64,000 bases of DNA from Desulfomonilia bacterium (GCA_050014195.1 JBEKDT010000013.1:85025-149024); one strand, 5' to 3'; positions 51,448 through 60,546 are shown, counted from the first letter of the stretch. A program made the numbers and translations. The notes: a model not told the origin generated them from the letters alone.

Positions 51448-52014
51448 ATGGATTTCAGGGAGCTGCTGAAGATGAGGCGTGCAGTAAGAGAATTCGAAGA
51501 CAGGCCGGTTCCGGTATCTCTTATCAAGGAGATCATCGACGACTGCATCCAGGCGCCCAATGCCGGGAACGCCCAGCCATGGGCATTCATAATCATCACG
51601 AAGAGCGGTGTTATTAAAAGGATCTCGGATGAGAGCAAGAAGAACATCTTAAAGGAGCTCAATGGGAATCCTCAATCGACCCTGATGAAATATAAGCCCA
51701 TTTTAGAGTCCGCAGAGTTCAATGTGTTCTACAATGCCCCGTGTGTCATCTACATCGCGGGGTCAAAGGAGGTACGATCCGCCACGGTTGACTGCGCACT
51801 GGCAGCCGCCTATTTCATGCTCTCGGCTGCAGACCGGGGGCTCGGTACATGCTGGATCGACCTGGGATCGATGATCAGGGACCCCGTCTTGAAAAAGGAG
51901 ATCGGCCTGGGCGATAGCCATATGATCGTAGCCACGTTGGCACTAGGATACCCTGCCCGGATACCGGAGACGCCCCCGAGGAATGAACCCTTCATCCTTA
52001 AGGTCGTCTCCTAG
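51448..52014 (+). CDS. Nitroreductase-family protein
   Basis: RRAVREF, APNAGNAQPW, GLGTCWI, LALGYP. Confidence 0.9.
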   Translation: MDFRELLKMRRAVREFEDRPVPVSLIKEIIDDCIQAPNAGNAQPWAFIIITKSGVIKRISDESKKNILKELNGNPQSTLMKYKPILESAEFNVFYNAPCVIYIAGSKEVRSATVDCALAAAYFMLSAADRGLGTCWIDLGSMIRDPVLKKEIGLGDSHMIVATLALGYPARIPETPPRNEPFILKVVS

Positions 52015-52997
52015 CGGCTACGTGACTTTCCTGACTTGGTCTTCCTCAACTGCATCGCACGATCTTCGGCTGAGAGCAGGCAGTTGCCGGCGCATTCATC
52101 GTCGCACCTGCCGTCACAGGGCTCCACATGGATGGTCACGTTTGAGTTTGGAAGCCTGTCATAGATCATACGGGTGATGTCGTCTGTAATGCGGTGGGAC
52201 TTTTCTACGCTCATCTGCGGGTCCACCAGCATATGGAATTCAATGAAACGGACGCTTCCCGCCTTCCTGGTTTTCAGCTTATGGTAGCCGTGCACATCGG
52301 GGTGCATGCTCGCAATGAGGTCCCTGATCAAAGTCCTCTCAGCGGTAGGTAATGTGTGATCCAAGAGGTCCCGCGCAGACTCTTTGGTGAGCACCCATGC
52401 AGCATGGATGATGAGCCCGGCAACGGCAATGGCAGCCAGGGAGTCTATCCAGTTGAGAGGAACCCCGGGCATGACCCATTTCCCCAGCCAGATGAGGGAC
52501 AGACCGCCCATAACGCCCGCCGAGGTATAGACATCTGTCCTTAAGTGCCATGCGTCAGCCTTCAGTGCCACGGAATCCGTTTTATTCCCAATTTCCAAGA
52601 GCCTCTCGGAAACGAGTATGTTCACGATACACGAAACAAGCATTACTCCGACACCCCACGAGGCGGCTTCGAGCAGCCGGGGGTGCATCAGTCTTTTTAT
52701 GGCTTCATAGATTATCCAGGCCGCAGCAAGAAAGATAAGCGCTGCCTCCACCGTGCCGGAGATATTCTCGATCTTACCGTGGCCGAATGGGTGATCCTTG
52801 TCTGCGGGTTTGCCTGAATTCTTCACGGAAATATACGCTATCACGGCGGCAATGAGATCGACACCGGAGTGGATGGCTTCGGATATGATGGAGACAGAAC
52901 CGATCATGAAACCGACAATGACCTTCATGATGATTAAAAAACTGTTCGATATGATTGATAACCTTGCAACACGTATCTTTTCTTTCGCTGTTTCCAT
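52011..52997 (-). CDS. Cation diffusion facilitator (CDF) transporter
   Basis: EAIHSGVD, DKDHPFGHGKIE, DAWHLRTD, IHVEPC with Cys-rich tail. Confidence 0.93.
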   Translation of the reverse strand: METAKEKIRVARLSIISNSFLIIMKVIVGFMIGSVSIISEAIHSGVDLIAAVIAYISVKNSGKPADKDHPFGHGKIENISGTVEAALIFLAAAWIIYEAIKRLMHPRLLEAASWGVGVMLVSCIVNILVSERLLEIGNKTDSVALKADAWHLRTDVYTSAGVMGGLSLIWLGKWVMPGVPLNWIDSLAAIAVAGLIIHAAWVLTKESARDLLDHTLPTAERTLIRDLIASMHPDVHGYHKLKTRKAGSVRFIEFHMLVDPQMSVEKSHRITDDITRMIYDRLPNSNVTIHVEPCDGRCDDECAGNCLLSAEDRAMQLRKTKSGKSRSR

Positions 52998-53146
52998 CAG
53001 GCCATCCGGGAAAAGGTATAATTAGTTCAGTGAAGTTATATACCAGATAAAAGTGACTGGTGACTATTAATTTTAATCTCCTTGAATATTCCCCCTGCAT
53101 TTAGTACGCATGTCTTCAAGAGAAGTTTTCGTAGAAGGGGGAATTC

Positions 53147-54481
53147 ATGAAAGGATCAAGAACAACAGTCCAGGTTGTGCTTCTGTTGATTCTTTTTGTG
53201 TCACTGGCAGCTGCAGGTTTCTATTATCTTGAATGGGAGAAGCCGACGATCAGTCTGGATAAATCCTTTGATGCCATTGGAAAGACCAGGGATGTTATTA
53301 TTACGCTTCGTGATAAACGAAGCGGCATCAGGAACTTCAGCATAGCCTTAGTACAGGACAAACATGAATTCGTCATCGCATCGGAAGAGATCCCGTACAA
53401 AGGGACTTATGAGAAGGTTGTTGCGGTGAAGATCGTTCCCAAGGAACTTAAGGTTAAAGATGGGGAGGCGGTCTTCACGGTGAAGGCCACAGACTTCTCT
53501 CCCTTGAGAAATACTTCCGTGCTGCAGGCCAAGGTCATCATAGATTCCACACCTCCCCGCATCGCACTCCTTACACGGGCGCACAATATAAATCCCGGAG
53601 GAACCTGCCTTGCTATCTACCGGGTTACCAAGGCGGTTCAGGTAAGCGGGGTCAAGTGCGGTAATGCCTTTTTCACAGGCTACCTAGTCCGGGACCAAGG
53701 GAATCCGTATTATGTATGCTATTTCGCCGTACCCCGCGATGTGAGCAACAGCACGGTTATGGCTGTCAGTGCAGCCGACAGAGCAGGTAATCAGGCCATA
53801 GTGGGTATTCCGTTCTACATCCGCAGTGTCAGGCCTTTCCGCAAAGACACCGTTACCGTGAGCGATAAGTTCGTACAGCAAAAGGCCGTGGAATTTCAGG
53901 AAGAGGATTCAAAATTATCAGGGAAATCCCCGGAAGAGATCTTTGCATATGTGAACACACAACTCCGTGTGGAAGATGACAAAAAGATACAGACAATATG
54001 CTTAAAAACCGGCAACAAACAGCTCTGGCAGGGCATCTTCCTCAGGTTGAAGAACGGCGCCCCCAAGGCGCTCTTTGGTGATGAGCGCACCTATCTTTAC
54101 CAGGGCAAGTCCATGGGGACCAGCGTTCATCTCGGGATAGACCTTGCATCTACCGCCCAGGCGAATATAGAGGCGGCTAACAGCGGGGTTGTTTTGTATG
54201 CAGGAAACTTGGGTATCTATGGAAACGCCGTCATCATCGACCATGGCCAGGGGATCAGCAGCCAATACGGCCATATGAGCTCCATTTCGGTGAAAGAAGG
54301 CCAGCAGGTCACCAAGGGGCAGATCATCGGCAACACCGGGGCCACCGGCTTTGCAGGAGGCGACCATCTGCATTTCAGCGTGCTTGTCGGCGGGGTCTTT
54401 GTAGATCCTAAAGAATGGTGGGACCCACACTGGATAAAAGACAACGTGGAGTACAAGTTAGAGCTTGCCAAGACGTTGTGA
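53147..54481 (+). CDS. M23-family metallopeptidase
   Basis: HLGID (HxxxD), YGHMS, HLH; N-terminal TM. Confidence 0.92.
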   Translation: MKGSRTTVQVVLLLILFVSLAAAGFYYLEWEKPTISLDKSFDAIGKTRDVIITLRDKRSGIRNFSIALVQDKHEFVIASEEIPYKGTYEKVVAVKIVPKELKVKDGEAVFTVKATDFSPLRNTSVLQAKVIIDSTPPRIALLTRAHNINPGGTCLAIYRVTKAVQVSGVKCGNAFFTGYLVRDQGNPYYVCYFAVPRDVSNSTVMAVSAADRAGNQAIVGIPFYIRSVRPFRKDTVTVSDKFVQQKAVEFQEEDSKLSGKSPEEIFAYVNTQLRVEDDKKIQTICLKTGNKQLWQGIFLRLKNGAPKALFGDERTYLYQGKSMGTSVHLGIDLASTAQANIEAANSGVVLYAGNLGIYGNAVIIDHGQGISSQYGHMSSISVKEGQQVTKGQIIGNTGATGFAGGDHLHFSVLVGGVFVDPKEWWDPHWIKDNVEYKLELAKTL

Positions 54482-54515
54482 ACTTACAGCCATGAGGTAT
54501 CAGCGAGCGATAGCA

Positions 54516-56246
54516 TCAGCAAATACTCGTAACCCCGCAGGTCAGAGTCTGGCATGCCCTGCTCCTGTCACGGTAGATCGTGACCCCCTTACATTTCATC
54601 TCATGGGCAAGCAGCAAGGTCTTCTTGATCTCATCGAGTGATACCTGTGAAGAAAAATTGATGGTCTTGGAAACGGCATTATCCGTATAGGCCTGGAAGG
54701 CAGCCTGGATTGCGACATGCCTGGCAGGCGGGATCCTGGTTGCTGTTGCAAAGAGGGTCTTCAGCTTGCGTGGTATGCGGGAGTCTTCAGGCAGAAAGCC
54801 GTTCTTTTTAAGCTCACTCACCAGTCCCGGCTCAAGGATTCCTTCCTGTTCACCCATGTGCTGAAATAACGGGTCCATCTCCGTCACGCCGATGTTCCCG
54901 GGTATGATCCTCGTGTAGTACAAGGCAAAGAGTGGCTCTATGCCTGATGAGCAGCCTGCAATGATGCTCAAGGAGCCGGTGGGGGCGATGGTAGTGACCG
55001 TGGCATTCCTCATGGGTGCCTTTCCCTGAGCGTCATAGATGCTCCCGGGGAAGTTCGGAAAAGATCCTCTGGCCCGGGCGAGTTCTTGGGATGCATCGTG
55101 GCTATGCCCCTGAATAAACTGCATGAGGCGGCCTGCGAGGCTTACGCTCTCATCGGAATCGTAGGGAATTCCCAGGAGTATGAGGAGGTGAGCAAACCCC
55201 ATGACCCCGAGCCCGATCTTCCGGTTGCCTTTGGCAAGCCTCTTGATCCGGGGAAGGGGGTATCGGTTGACCTCCACAACGTCGTCGAGAAACCGGACTG
55301 CCAGGCGAACCGTCTGCGCAAGCCTGTCCCAGTCGACTTCGATACGGTCTGAACGTTGTCTGACCATCTTTGCAAGGTTGATGGATCCAAGGTTGCAGGC
55401 TTCATATGCAAGAAGCGGTTGCTCCCCGCAGGGGTTTGTGGACTCGATGGAGCCGAGCTGCGGTGTAGGGTTGTGCCTGTTGATCTCATCGAGAAAGAGG
55501 ATGCCCGGTTCACCATTCTCCCAGGAGCTCTTAACAATAAGATCGAAGATCTCCCGCGCCCGGACATCTTTTACCGTAGTGCGGCTGCGTGGATTGATAA
55601 GTGAAAACGCAAGGTCTTTCTTCACTGCATCCATGAAGACATCGGTCACACCCACGGAAAGATTGAAGCTGGTGAGCCGGTTCGGATCGCTCTTGATCGT
55701 GATGAATTCCTCGATGTCGGGGTGATCCACCCTCAGAACACCCATGTTTGCACCGCGCCTGGTACCGCCCTGTTTTATGATGTCGGTGGCCTTATTGAAT
55801 ACATCCATGAAGGAAACCGGTCCGCTTGCAACCCCGCTTGTGCTCAGCACGATGTCGTTTTTGGGTCTTAAATGGCTGAAAGAGAATCCGGTGCCGCCGC
55901 CGCTCTGATGGATAAGAGCGGTGTTCTTCACTGCATCGAAGATGGATTCAAGTGAGTCATCCACCGGCAGAACAAAGCATGCAGCGAGTTGGCCAAGCTC
56001 GCGGCCTGCGTTCATAAGGGTCGGTGAATTGGGCAGGAACTCCAGTTCAGAGAGCAAGCGGTAGAAGTCTTGGGCGGTACCCTCGACAACCTGGCGGCCG
56101 CCAAAGGAGCGCTCAGCCTTTGCCACATGGAGGGCGACCCGCCGGAACATCTCATCCGGGGTCTCGATGACATTACCGAGGCCATCCTTCTTTAGGTAGC
56201 GGGTTCTTAAGATCATCAGTGAGTTTTCGCTAAGCTCTGGCTTCAT
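54516..56246 (-). CDS. nrdJ: Adenosylcobalamin-dependent (class II) ribonucleotide reductase
   Basis: PNSPTLMNAG, AACFV, GGGTG, RRGANM, NPCGEQ, ACNLGS, TIAPTG; AGGAGG RBS before ATG 56246; no nrdB nearby. Confidence 0.88.
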   Translation of the reverse strand: MKPELSENSLMILRTRYLKKDGLGNVIETPDEMFRRVALHVAKAERSFGGRQVVEGTAQDFYRLLSELEFLPNSPTLMNAGRELGQLAACFVLPVDDSLESIFDAVKNTALIHQSGGGTGFSFSHLRPKNDIVLSTSGVASGPVSFMDVFNKATDIIKQGGTRRGANMGVLRVDHPDIEEFITIKSDPNRLTSFNLSVGVTDVFMDAVKKDLAFSLINPRSRTTVKDVRAREIFDLIVKSSWENGEPGILFLDEINRHNPTPQLGSIESTNPCGEQPLLAYEACNLGSINLAKMVRQRSDRIEVDWDRLAQTVRLAVRFLDDVVEVNRYPLPRIKRLAKGNRKIGLGVMGFAHLLILLGIPYDSDESVSLAGRLMQFIQGHSHDASQELARARGSFPNFPGSIYDAQGKAPMRNATVTTIAPTGSLSIIAGCSSGIEPLFALYYTRIIPGNIGVTEMDPLFQHMGEQEGILEPGLVSELKKNGFLPEDSRIPRKLKTLFATATRIPPARHVAIQAAFQAYTDNAVSKTINFSSQVSLDEIKKTLLLAHEMKCKGVTIYRDRSRACQTLTCGVTSIC

Positions 56247-56403
56247 GGAATAAAACACCTCCTTCATGGCTTGAGCCTGACTATTTCTCATAGAAATATA
56301 CCTCATCTCGGGAAATTCAAGGGAGCTGTCTGAAAGCATATCTTTAAGTTCCTGCTTGTCAGAAGAGGGTAGGGTCACTATATTCATCGAGGGAGGATGC
56401 GAG

Positions 56404-56871
56404 ATGGAAAATCTTATAAAGGGTGATATGGCGCCGGATTTCGCGCTCATGGATCAGAACGGCAACTTGATGAAGTCGTCGGATTTCAGAGGAAAGAAGC
56501 TCCTGCTTTATTTTTACCCCAAGGCACTCACGTCCGGATGCACGGCACAGGCACAGGAGGTGAGCTTGGCGAGGGGAGCACTTGCAGCTCAAGGAATCGA
56601 AGCTGTCGGCATCAGCCCTGATTTGCCTGATGTGCAGAAGAAGTTCGATAACAAACACGAACTCAACTTCCCGCTGTTATCCGATGCGGATCACTCGGTG
56701 TCGGATGCCTACGGTGTGTGGGGGGAGAAGAATATGTATGGCAAGATATTCAACGGTATTATTCGCTCCTCATTCCTCATTGACGAAAACGGCCGTATCA
56801 TGCAGGCCTGGTACAAGGTGAGCCCCAAAGAGACCGTACCCAAGGCCTTGGAGGAGCTCAAAAAGGTGTAG
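56404..56871 (+). CDS. bcp: Peroxiredoxin, BCP/PrxQ family
   Basis: APDF, YFYPKALTSGCT, GISPD, FPLLSD, RSSFLID. Confidence 0.9.
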   Translation: MENLIKGDMAPDFALMDQNGNLMKSSDFRGKKLLLYFYPKALTSGCTAQAQEVSLARGALAAQGIEAVGISPDLPDVQKKFDNKHELNFPLLSDADHSVSDAYGVWGEKNMYGKIFNGIIRSSFLIDENGRIMQAWYKVSPKETVPKALEELKKV

Positions 56872-56952
56872 GGCTGTTCATGTGAAATGGGACATACAAA
56901 ATGGTGAATAGTGATCAGTGACCAGGAAAAAAGTGAATAATGGCTAGTCCTC

Positions 56953-56982
56953 TAGGGTGGGTGGAGCGATGCTTCACCCACC
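56953..56982. repeat. GC-rich hairpin between convergent genes (terminator or REP-like)
   Basis: TAG-GGTGGGTGGAGC-GAT-GCTTCACCCACC. Confidence 0.45.
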
Positions 56983-57045
56983 AAGTTAAGTCAATCTATA
57001 TCAGATTTATCAAATGCCGAGACTCGGCACCCTTAGTTTTTTATG

Positions 57046-57528
57046 CTATTTGCACCCTGCTTCACTGATACCGTATACCCCTGCCCCACAAAATACCTTT
57101 TTACCATCCATTGTCGTTGATTTTACATAGGTGCATTTCGTGTCTATGGCTTTTGTTACCGGATTCATCCAAGAGTAAGCAACCCAGCCCTCACCGTCTT
57201 TCTTAACCTTGCCGATAAACTCTGCATAGAAGTATTTTCCTTTTGGGTCCTGTAAAGTAGTTTGATTCACACCAACAAGTTTTTTTGATATGGGATGCAT
57301 CAGCATGACTCCATCCATGTCGGATACAAACACATAGCCCTCCTCTCCGCAGAACCTGATTTTTTCTAATTCCGGGAAGGCCGCCTTACCCTTTGTTGAG
57401 AGCAGTTTGGCAGCATAATCTACAGCCTTTTGCACTTCTTCCTTGGAGCATGATCCTCCTGCAAACACTTGTGGAATACCCAGAGCCATTGTTACGATGA
57501 CGAGCACTATCAGTTTTGTTGGTTTCAT
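57046..57528 (-). CDS. Stand-alone periplasmic single Cache-domain protein
   Basis: Signal peptide; YVFVSDMDGVMLMHP, DPKGK, GEGWVAYSW, K..YVK, GAGVY. Confidence 0.85.
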   Translation of the reverse strand: MKPTKLIVLVIVTMALGIPQVFAGGSCSKEEVQKAVDYAAKLLSTKGKAAFPELEKIRFCGEEGYVFVSDMDGVMLMHPISKKLVGVNQTTLQDPKGKYFYAEFIGKVKKDGEGWVAYSWMNPVTKAIDTKCTYVKSTTMDGKKVFCGAGVYGISEAGCK

Positions 57529-57642
57529 ATGCCAGGCCCCCTTTGTATTACTATTGTATTCCGGAATAATAACGTACCATTCGTTTTTTACAATAGATGA
57601 ATTTGGTATCGGAGGTTTTTTAATAGAGTCGATGAGTTCATT

Positions 57643-58830
57643 TCAGGCCGTCTCAAGGTATTCAACGGCAACGCCGGCCATCATTTTCACCCCCATCTCG
57701 AGTGAGCGCTCATCAATGGTAAACAAGGGGTTGTGGTGAGGTCGGTTCAAGGCAGGGTCCGTACCGCCTGCACCTGCAAAGAAAAAGCATCCGGGGATTT
57801 CTTTGAGATAGAATGACATATCCTCGCTCGCCATGGAGGGGGGCATCTCTATGACATTTTCACTGCCTGCAATGGCGGATGCTGTCCTCAAGACAAGATC
57901 CGTCATTGTGCCGTCATTGACGGTAACCGGGTACCCGGGTTCATAATCAAGCTCGAACTCTCCTTGGCCGGCCTTGGTTGTTTCTTTAAGAAATCCTTCC
58001 ATGAGCCCCTTGATGGACGAGCGGATGTCTTCATCAAGGGCCCTCACCGTCCCGGTCAGCTCTACCTTGTCTGCAACGATGTTGGGTGCTGCGCCGCCAT
58101 GGATCGTGCCTATGTTGACAATGACCGGGTTTTCAGGCTTGAGGGCCTTTTTAATGTAAGCGCCCATATTCGAAATTACTCCGGCTGCAAGCGCGATCGC
58201 ATCGATGGAGCCGTCCGGCATGGCCGAGTGCCCTCCACGGCCGAGTACCCGGACCGTGAACGTGTCCATGGAGGCCATAAACGGACCCTTGCGGCACGCT
58301 ATGTACCCGTACGGGAACTGGCTGATAAGGTGCAGGCCGAAGGCGGCATCCACATGAGGGTCTTCAAGAACGCCCTCCTTGATCATGAGCCGTGCGCCGC
58401 CGAGGTTTTCCTCTGCGGGCTGGAACACGAACTTGACCCGGCCTTTGAGAGAATCGCGCAGGGTGCTCAAGAGCTTTGCGGTACCCAACAAAATGGCCAC
58501 GTGCCCGTCATGCCCGCATGCATGCATGACACCCGGGTTCACAGAACAATAGTCCACCTTGTTTAATTCCTGTATGGGCAGGGCATCCATGTCTGCCCTC
58601 AGCATGAGAGTCCTGCCGGGCATGGCCCCCTTAAGCAGGCCCACGACACCGGTCCTGGCGATGCCGGTCTTCACCTCGATCCCGAGGCCTCTGAGATATT
58701 CTGCAATGATGGATGATGTCCTTTTTTCTTCGAAGCCCAGCTCAGGGTGCCGGTGAAAATCCCTGCGGAGACGGATCACTTCGTCTCTGAGCCGTGCTGA
58801 TTGAGCGTCCAGTACTGTGTATGACATCAT
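57643..58830 (-). CDS. M20D-family amidohydrolase
   Basis: RRDFHRHPELGFEE, RADMDALP, MHACGHDGH, FQPAEE, GGHSA, SEDM, HHNP. Confidence 0.93.
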   Translation of the reverse strand: MMSYTVLDAQSARLRDEVIRLRRDFHRHPELGFEEKRTSSIIAEYLRGLGIEVKTGIARTGVVGLLKGAMPGRTLMLRADMDALPIQELNKVDYCSVNPGVMHACGHDGHVAILLGTAKLLSTLRDSLKGRVKFVFQPAEENLGGARLMIKEGVLEDPHVDAAFGLHLISQFPYGYIACRKGPFMASMDTFTVRVLGRGGHSAMPDGSIDAIALAAGVISNMGAYIKKALKPENPVIVNIGTIHGGAAPNIVADKVELTGTVRALDEDIRSSIKGLMEGFLKETTKAGQGEFELDYEPGYPVTVNDGTMTDLVLRTASAIAGSENVIEMPPSMASEDMSFYLKEIPGCFFFAGAGGTDPALNRPHHNPLFTIDERSLEMGVKMMAGVAVEYLETA

Positions 58831-58941
58831 GGGAGAAATCTCCTGCGTTCCGATATGCGGGCCTGTAAGGCAGTTCGGTATTATACCTTGAATGGATCCT
58901 TTGGCAAAGGACAAGACGGCATTTCTTGATAACAATAAAAT

Positions 58942-58979
58942 AAAAGATCACGATCCTGACACGGGTCGTGGTCTTTTTT
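58942..58979. terminator. Bidirectional-type terminator hairpin
   Basis: AAAAGATCACGATCC-6 nt-GGGTCGTGGTCTTTT with A/T tracts on both sides. Confidence 0.65.
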
Positions 58980-59202
58980 GCGGCTCATCCAAGCGGGAAG
59001 CCCGCCGGAGAAGGGAACTTAAGTGGTTAAGGGGTCAACGTATCGGCTGCTGATGCCTGGGTAATCGCCCTCAGTAAAAAAATAATCTTTGTCTGCGATT
59101 CCACGCTGCGTTACCTGGTGAGGATATCCGGGTACCACCAACTGTGAAGCCCTTGCTATTTTTTGAATTTACCTCTCCTGCTCAATCCGGTTCACATAAT
59201 TG

Positions 59203-59223
59203 AGTGTTGTGTCCCCGGAATTT
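59203..59223 (+). repeat. ~21-bp repeat, TGTCCCCGGA family (copy A)
   Basis: AGTGTTGTGTCCCCGGAATTT; related copies at 60105, 60159 and 60223. Confidence 0.65.
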
Positions 59224-59229
59224 CCGCCA

Positions 59230-60048
59230 CTACACTTTCTTTTTGACGGCAATGGTGATGTCAACCGTCCCCCCACCAGCAATTGATGTATCCGGTAATG
59301 GTGTTTGGCTTATCACTTTCCCTTCTATTTTCTCATCTGTTGTAGGTTCTTTTAAGACCTTACCCAATTTCAGGGTTGCCTTTTCCAAGATTTCTTTCGC
59401 TTCCTCCTGTGTTTTGTGCATCAGATCAGGAACTTTTATTAATTCAGCAGCCACCTTGAAAATTCTTTTAACCTGGGCATCCAGCCATATAAAGACCTCC
59501 CGGGAGCCGTAACCTGAAAGGACACCAATGGCAAACATAGAGAGTGTTTGCCTTATATCGGGAGCATCTATTTTGAAATCTCCACCGATAATGGCAATAC
59601 CACTCCGGATTAAGGCGAATACGAAAAGTGCCAAGGCTGTTCCGGTCCAGGGGGCAACGATATACTTCCACACAAATCGTCGGCCAAATGCAGATTGTTC
59701 GCTATGCCAACTTAAAATACTCCGGATGCCATTGATGATACCTCCAAGGCCACCACCGATAAAGGTAAATGCAACCAGCCGGAAGAAAGGAGAGCTTAAG
59801 CGTCCAATGTCATAACCGATCCATTTAAACAGAGAGTATTGTCCAATCCAGACGTCAAAAAGTTGCCAAAAAAAGAAGGCAAGCATAAATAGCAGATAGA
59901 GAATGCTTATAATTGCAAAAGTTGTGTCCAAAGTCTTCTCATGGTGCAGTTTGTAGACCTTGCCAGTCAACTCATCGGTTACATATTGATCATGAGACCT
60001 CCTTCTCTCCTGTGTGCTATTGGGGGGGACGGGTTGTTGATTATTCAT
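59230..60048 (-). CDS. Four-TM membrane protein with C-terminal PASTA domain
   Basis: AGGAGG RBS; TM region with GGGLGG...YIVAPWTG; C-terminal VPDLMHKTQEEAKEILEKATL...GKVISQTP...VDITI PASTA pattern. Confidence 0.75.
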   Translation of the reverse strand: MNNQQPVPPNSTQERRRSHDQYVTDELTGKVYKLHHEKTLDTTFAIISILYLLFMLAFFFWQLFDVWIGQYSLFKWIGYDIGRLSSPFFRLVAFTFIGGGLGGIINGIRSILSWHSEQSAFGRRFVWKYIVAPWTGTALALFVFALIRSGIAIIGGDFKIDAPDIRQTLSMFAIGVLSGYGSREVFIWLDAQVKRIFKVAAELIKVPDLMHKTQEEAKEILEKATLKLGKVLKEPTTDEKIEGKVISQTPLPDTSIAGGGTVDITIAVKKKV

Positions 60049-60104
60049 GATAAACCTCCTTTCCAGAATGAGACCGGCTTTTAGCCGGCCTTCCTGTAAA
60101 AGAC

Positions 60105-60243
60105 AAAATCCGAGGACACCTTACTAGCTTCCATAAAGATAGAACTTCGATCAAAAAAAGTATGATGTCCTATAATTTCATGTCTCTTAATTTTTATTTC
60201 TGATTTCCTCTGAAATAAAACCAGTATGGATGTCCCCGGATTT
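60105..60243. repeat. Cluster of three TGTCCCCGGA-family repeats (one inverted, two direct)
   Basis: 60105-60125 reverse complement AGTAAGGTGTCCTCGGATTTT; 60159-60178 AGTATGATGTCCTATAATTT; 60223-60243 AGTATGGATGTCCCCGGATTT. Confidence 0.65.
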
Positions 60244-60445
60244 ACCTAAAATCTTCTATAGCTAAATGGGTTCGATAAAGAGGGTAATAGAAAAAGTACA
60301 AAGCATTATCAGATAGTTCTACTGGTCCAGCTCCATAATAAAAATATCGAAGATTTGGCATCGGGTGAGTACCCCCGATTGATCCACTAATAAGCTATGA
60401 GGCTAGGTATATCAGCAACGGAAAAAGCCAGATTGTCTTCTTCAT
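60242..60445 (-). pseudogene. Decayed/truncated cassette gene
   Basis: Starts 17 nt after the attC; reads MKKTIWLFPLLIYLAS*LISGSIGG...YFFYYPLYR..., with internal TAG at 60395-60397; ends at repeat 60243. Confidence 0.5.
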
Positions 60446-60462
60446 ATTTCTTTCATGATTCG

Positions 60463-60528
60463 GTCCAACGACCAAGCTAAAGGACGCGGCATAAAGCCGC
60501 CGCGTCCCTCTTGAGCGACTCGTTATGC
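60463..60528 (-). mobile_element. Integron attC site (66 bp)
   Basis: Minus strand GCATAAC...GGACGCGGC/GCCGCGTCC inner palindrome...GTTGGAC, 18 nt after the stop of 60547..60954. Confidence 0.88.
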
Positions 60529-60546
60529 TTATTGCTTTTTGTAGGT

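Noticed and set aside
56247-56450. Overlapping N-terminal extensions of nrdJ and bcp
   Set aside because: Both genes have clear RBS-ATG starts (56246 and 56404) that leave a normal divergent intergenic region
58980-59143. ZTP, SAM-I, glycine riboswitch or T-box assignment
   Set aside because: Only fragments match (GCCTGGG, CTCATCC, GGTGGTACC); core motifs and spacing are wrong, so it is kept only as an unassigned structure
59126-60243. CRISPR array
   Set aside because: Repeats are in mixed orientation, degenerate and irregularly spaced, with a whole gene between them; no cas genes in the window
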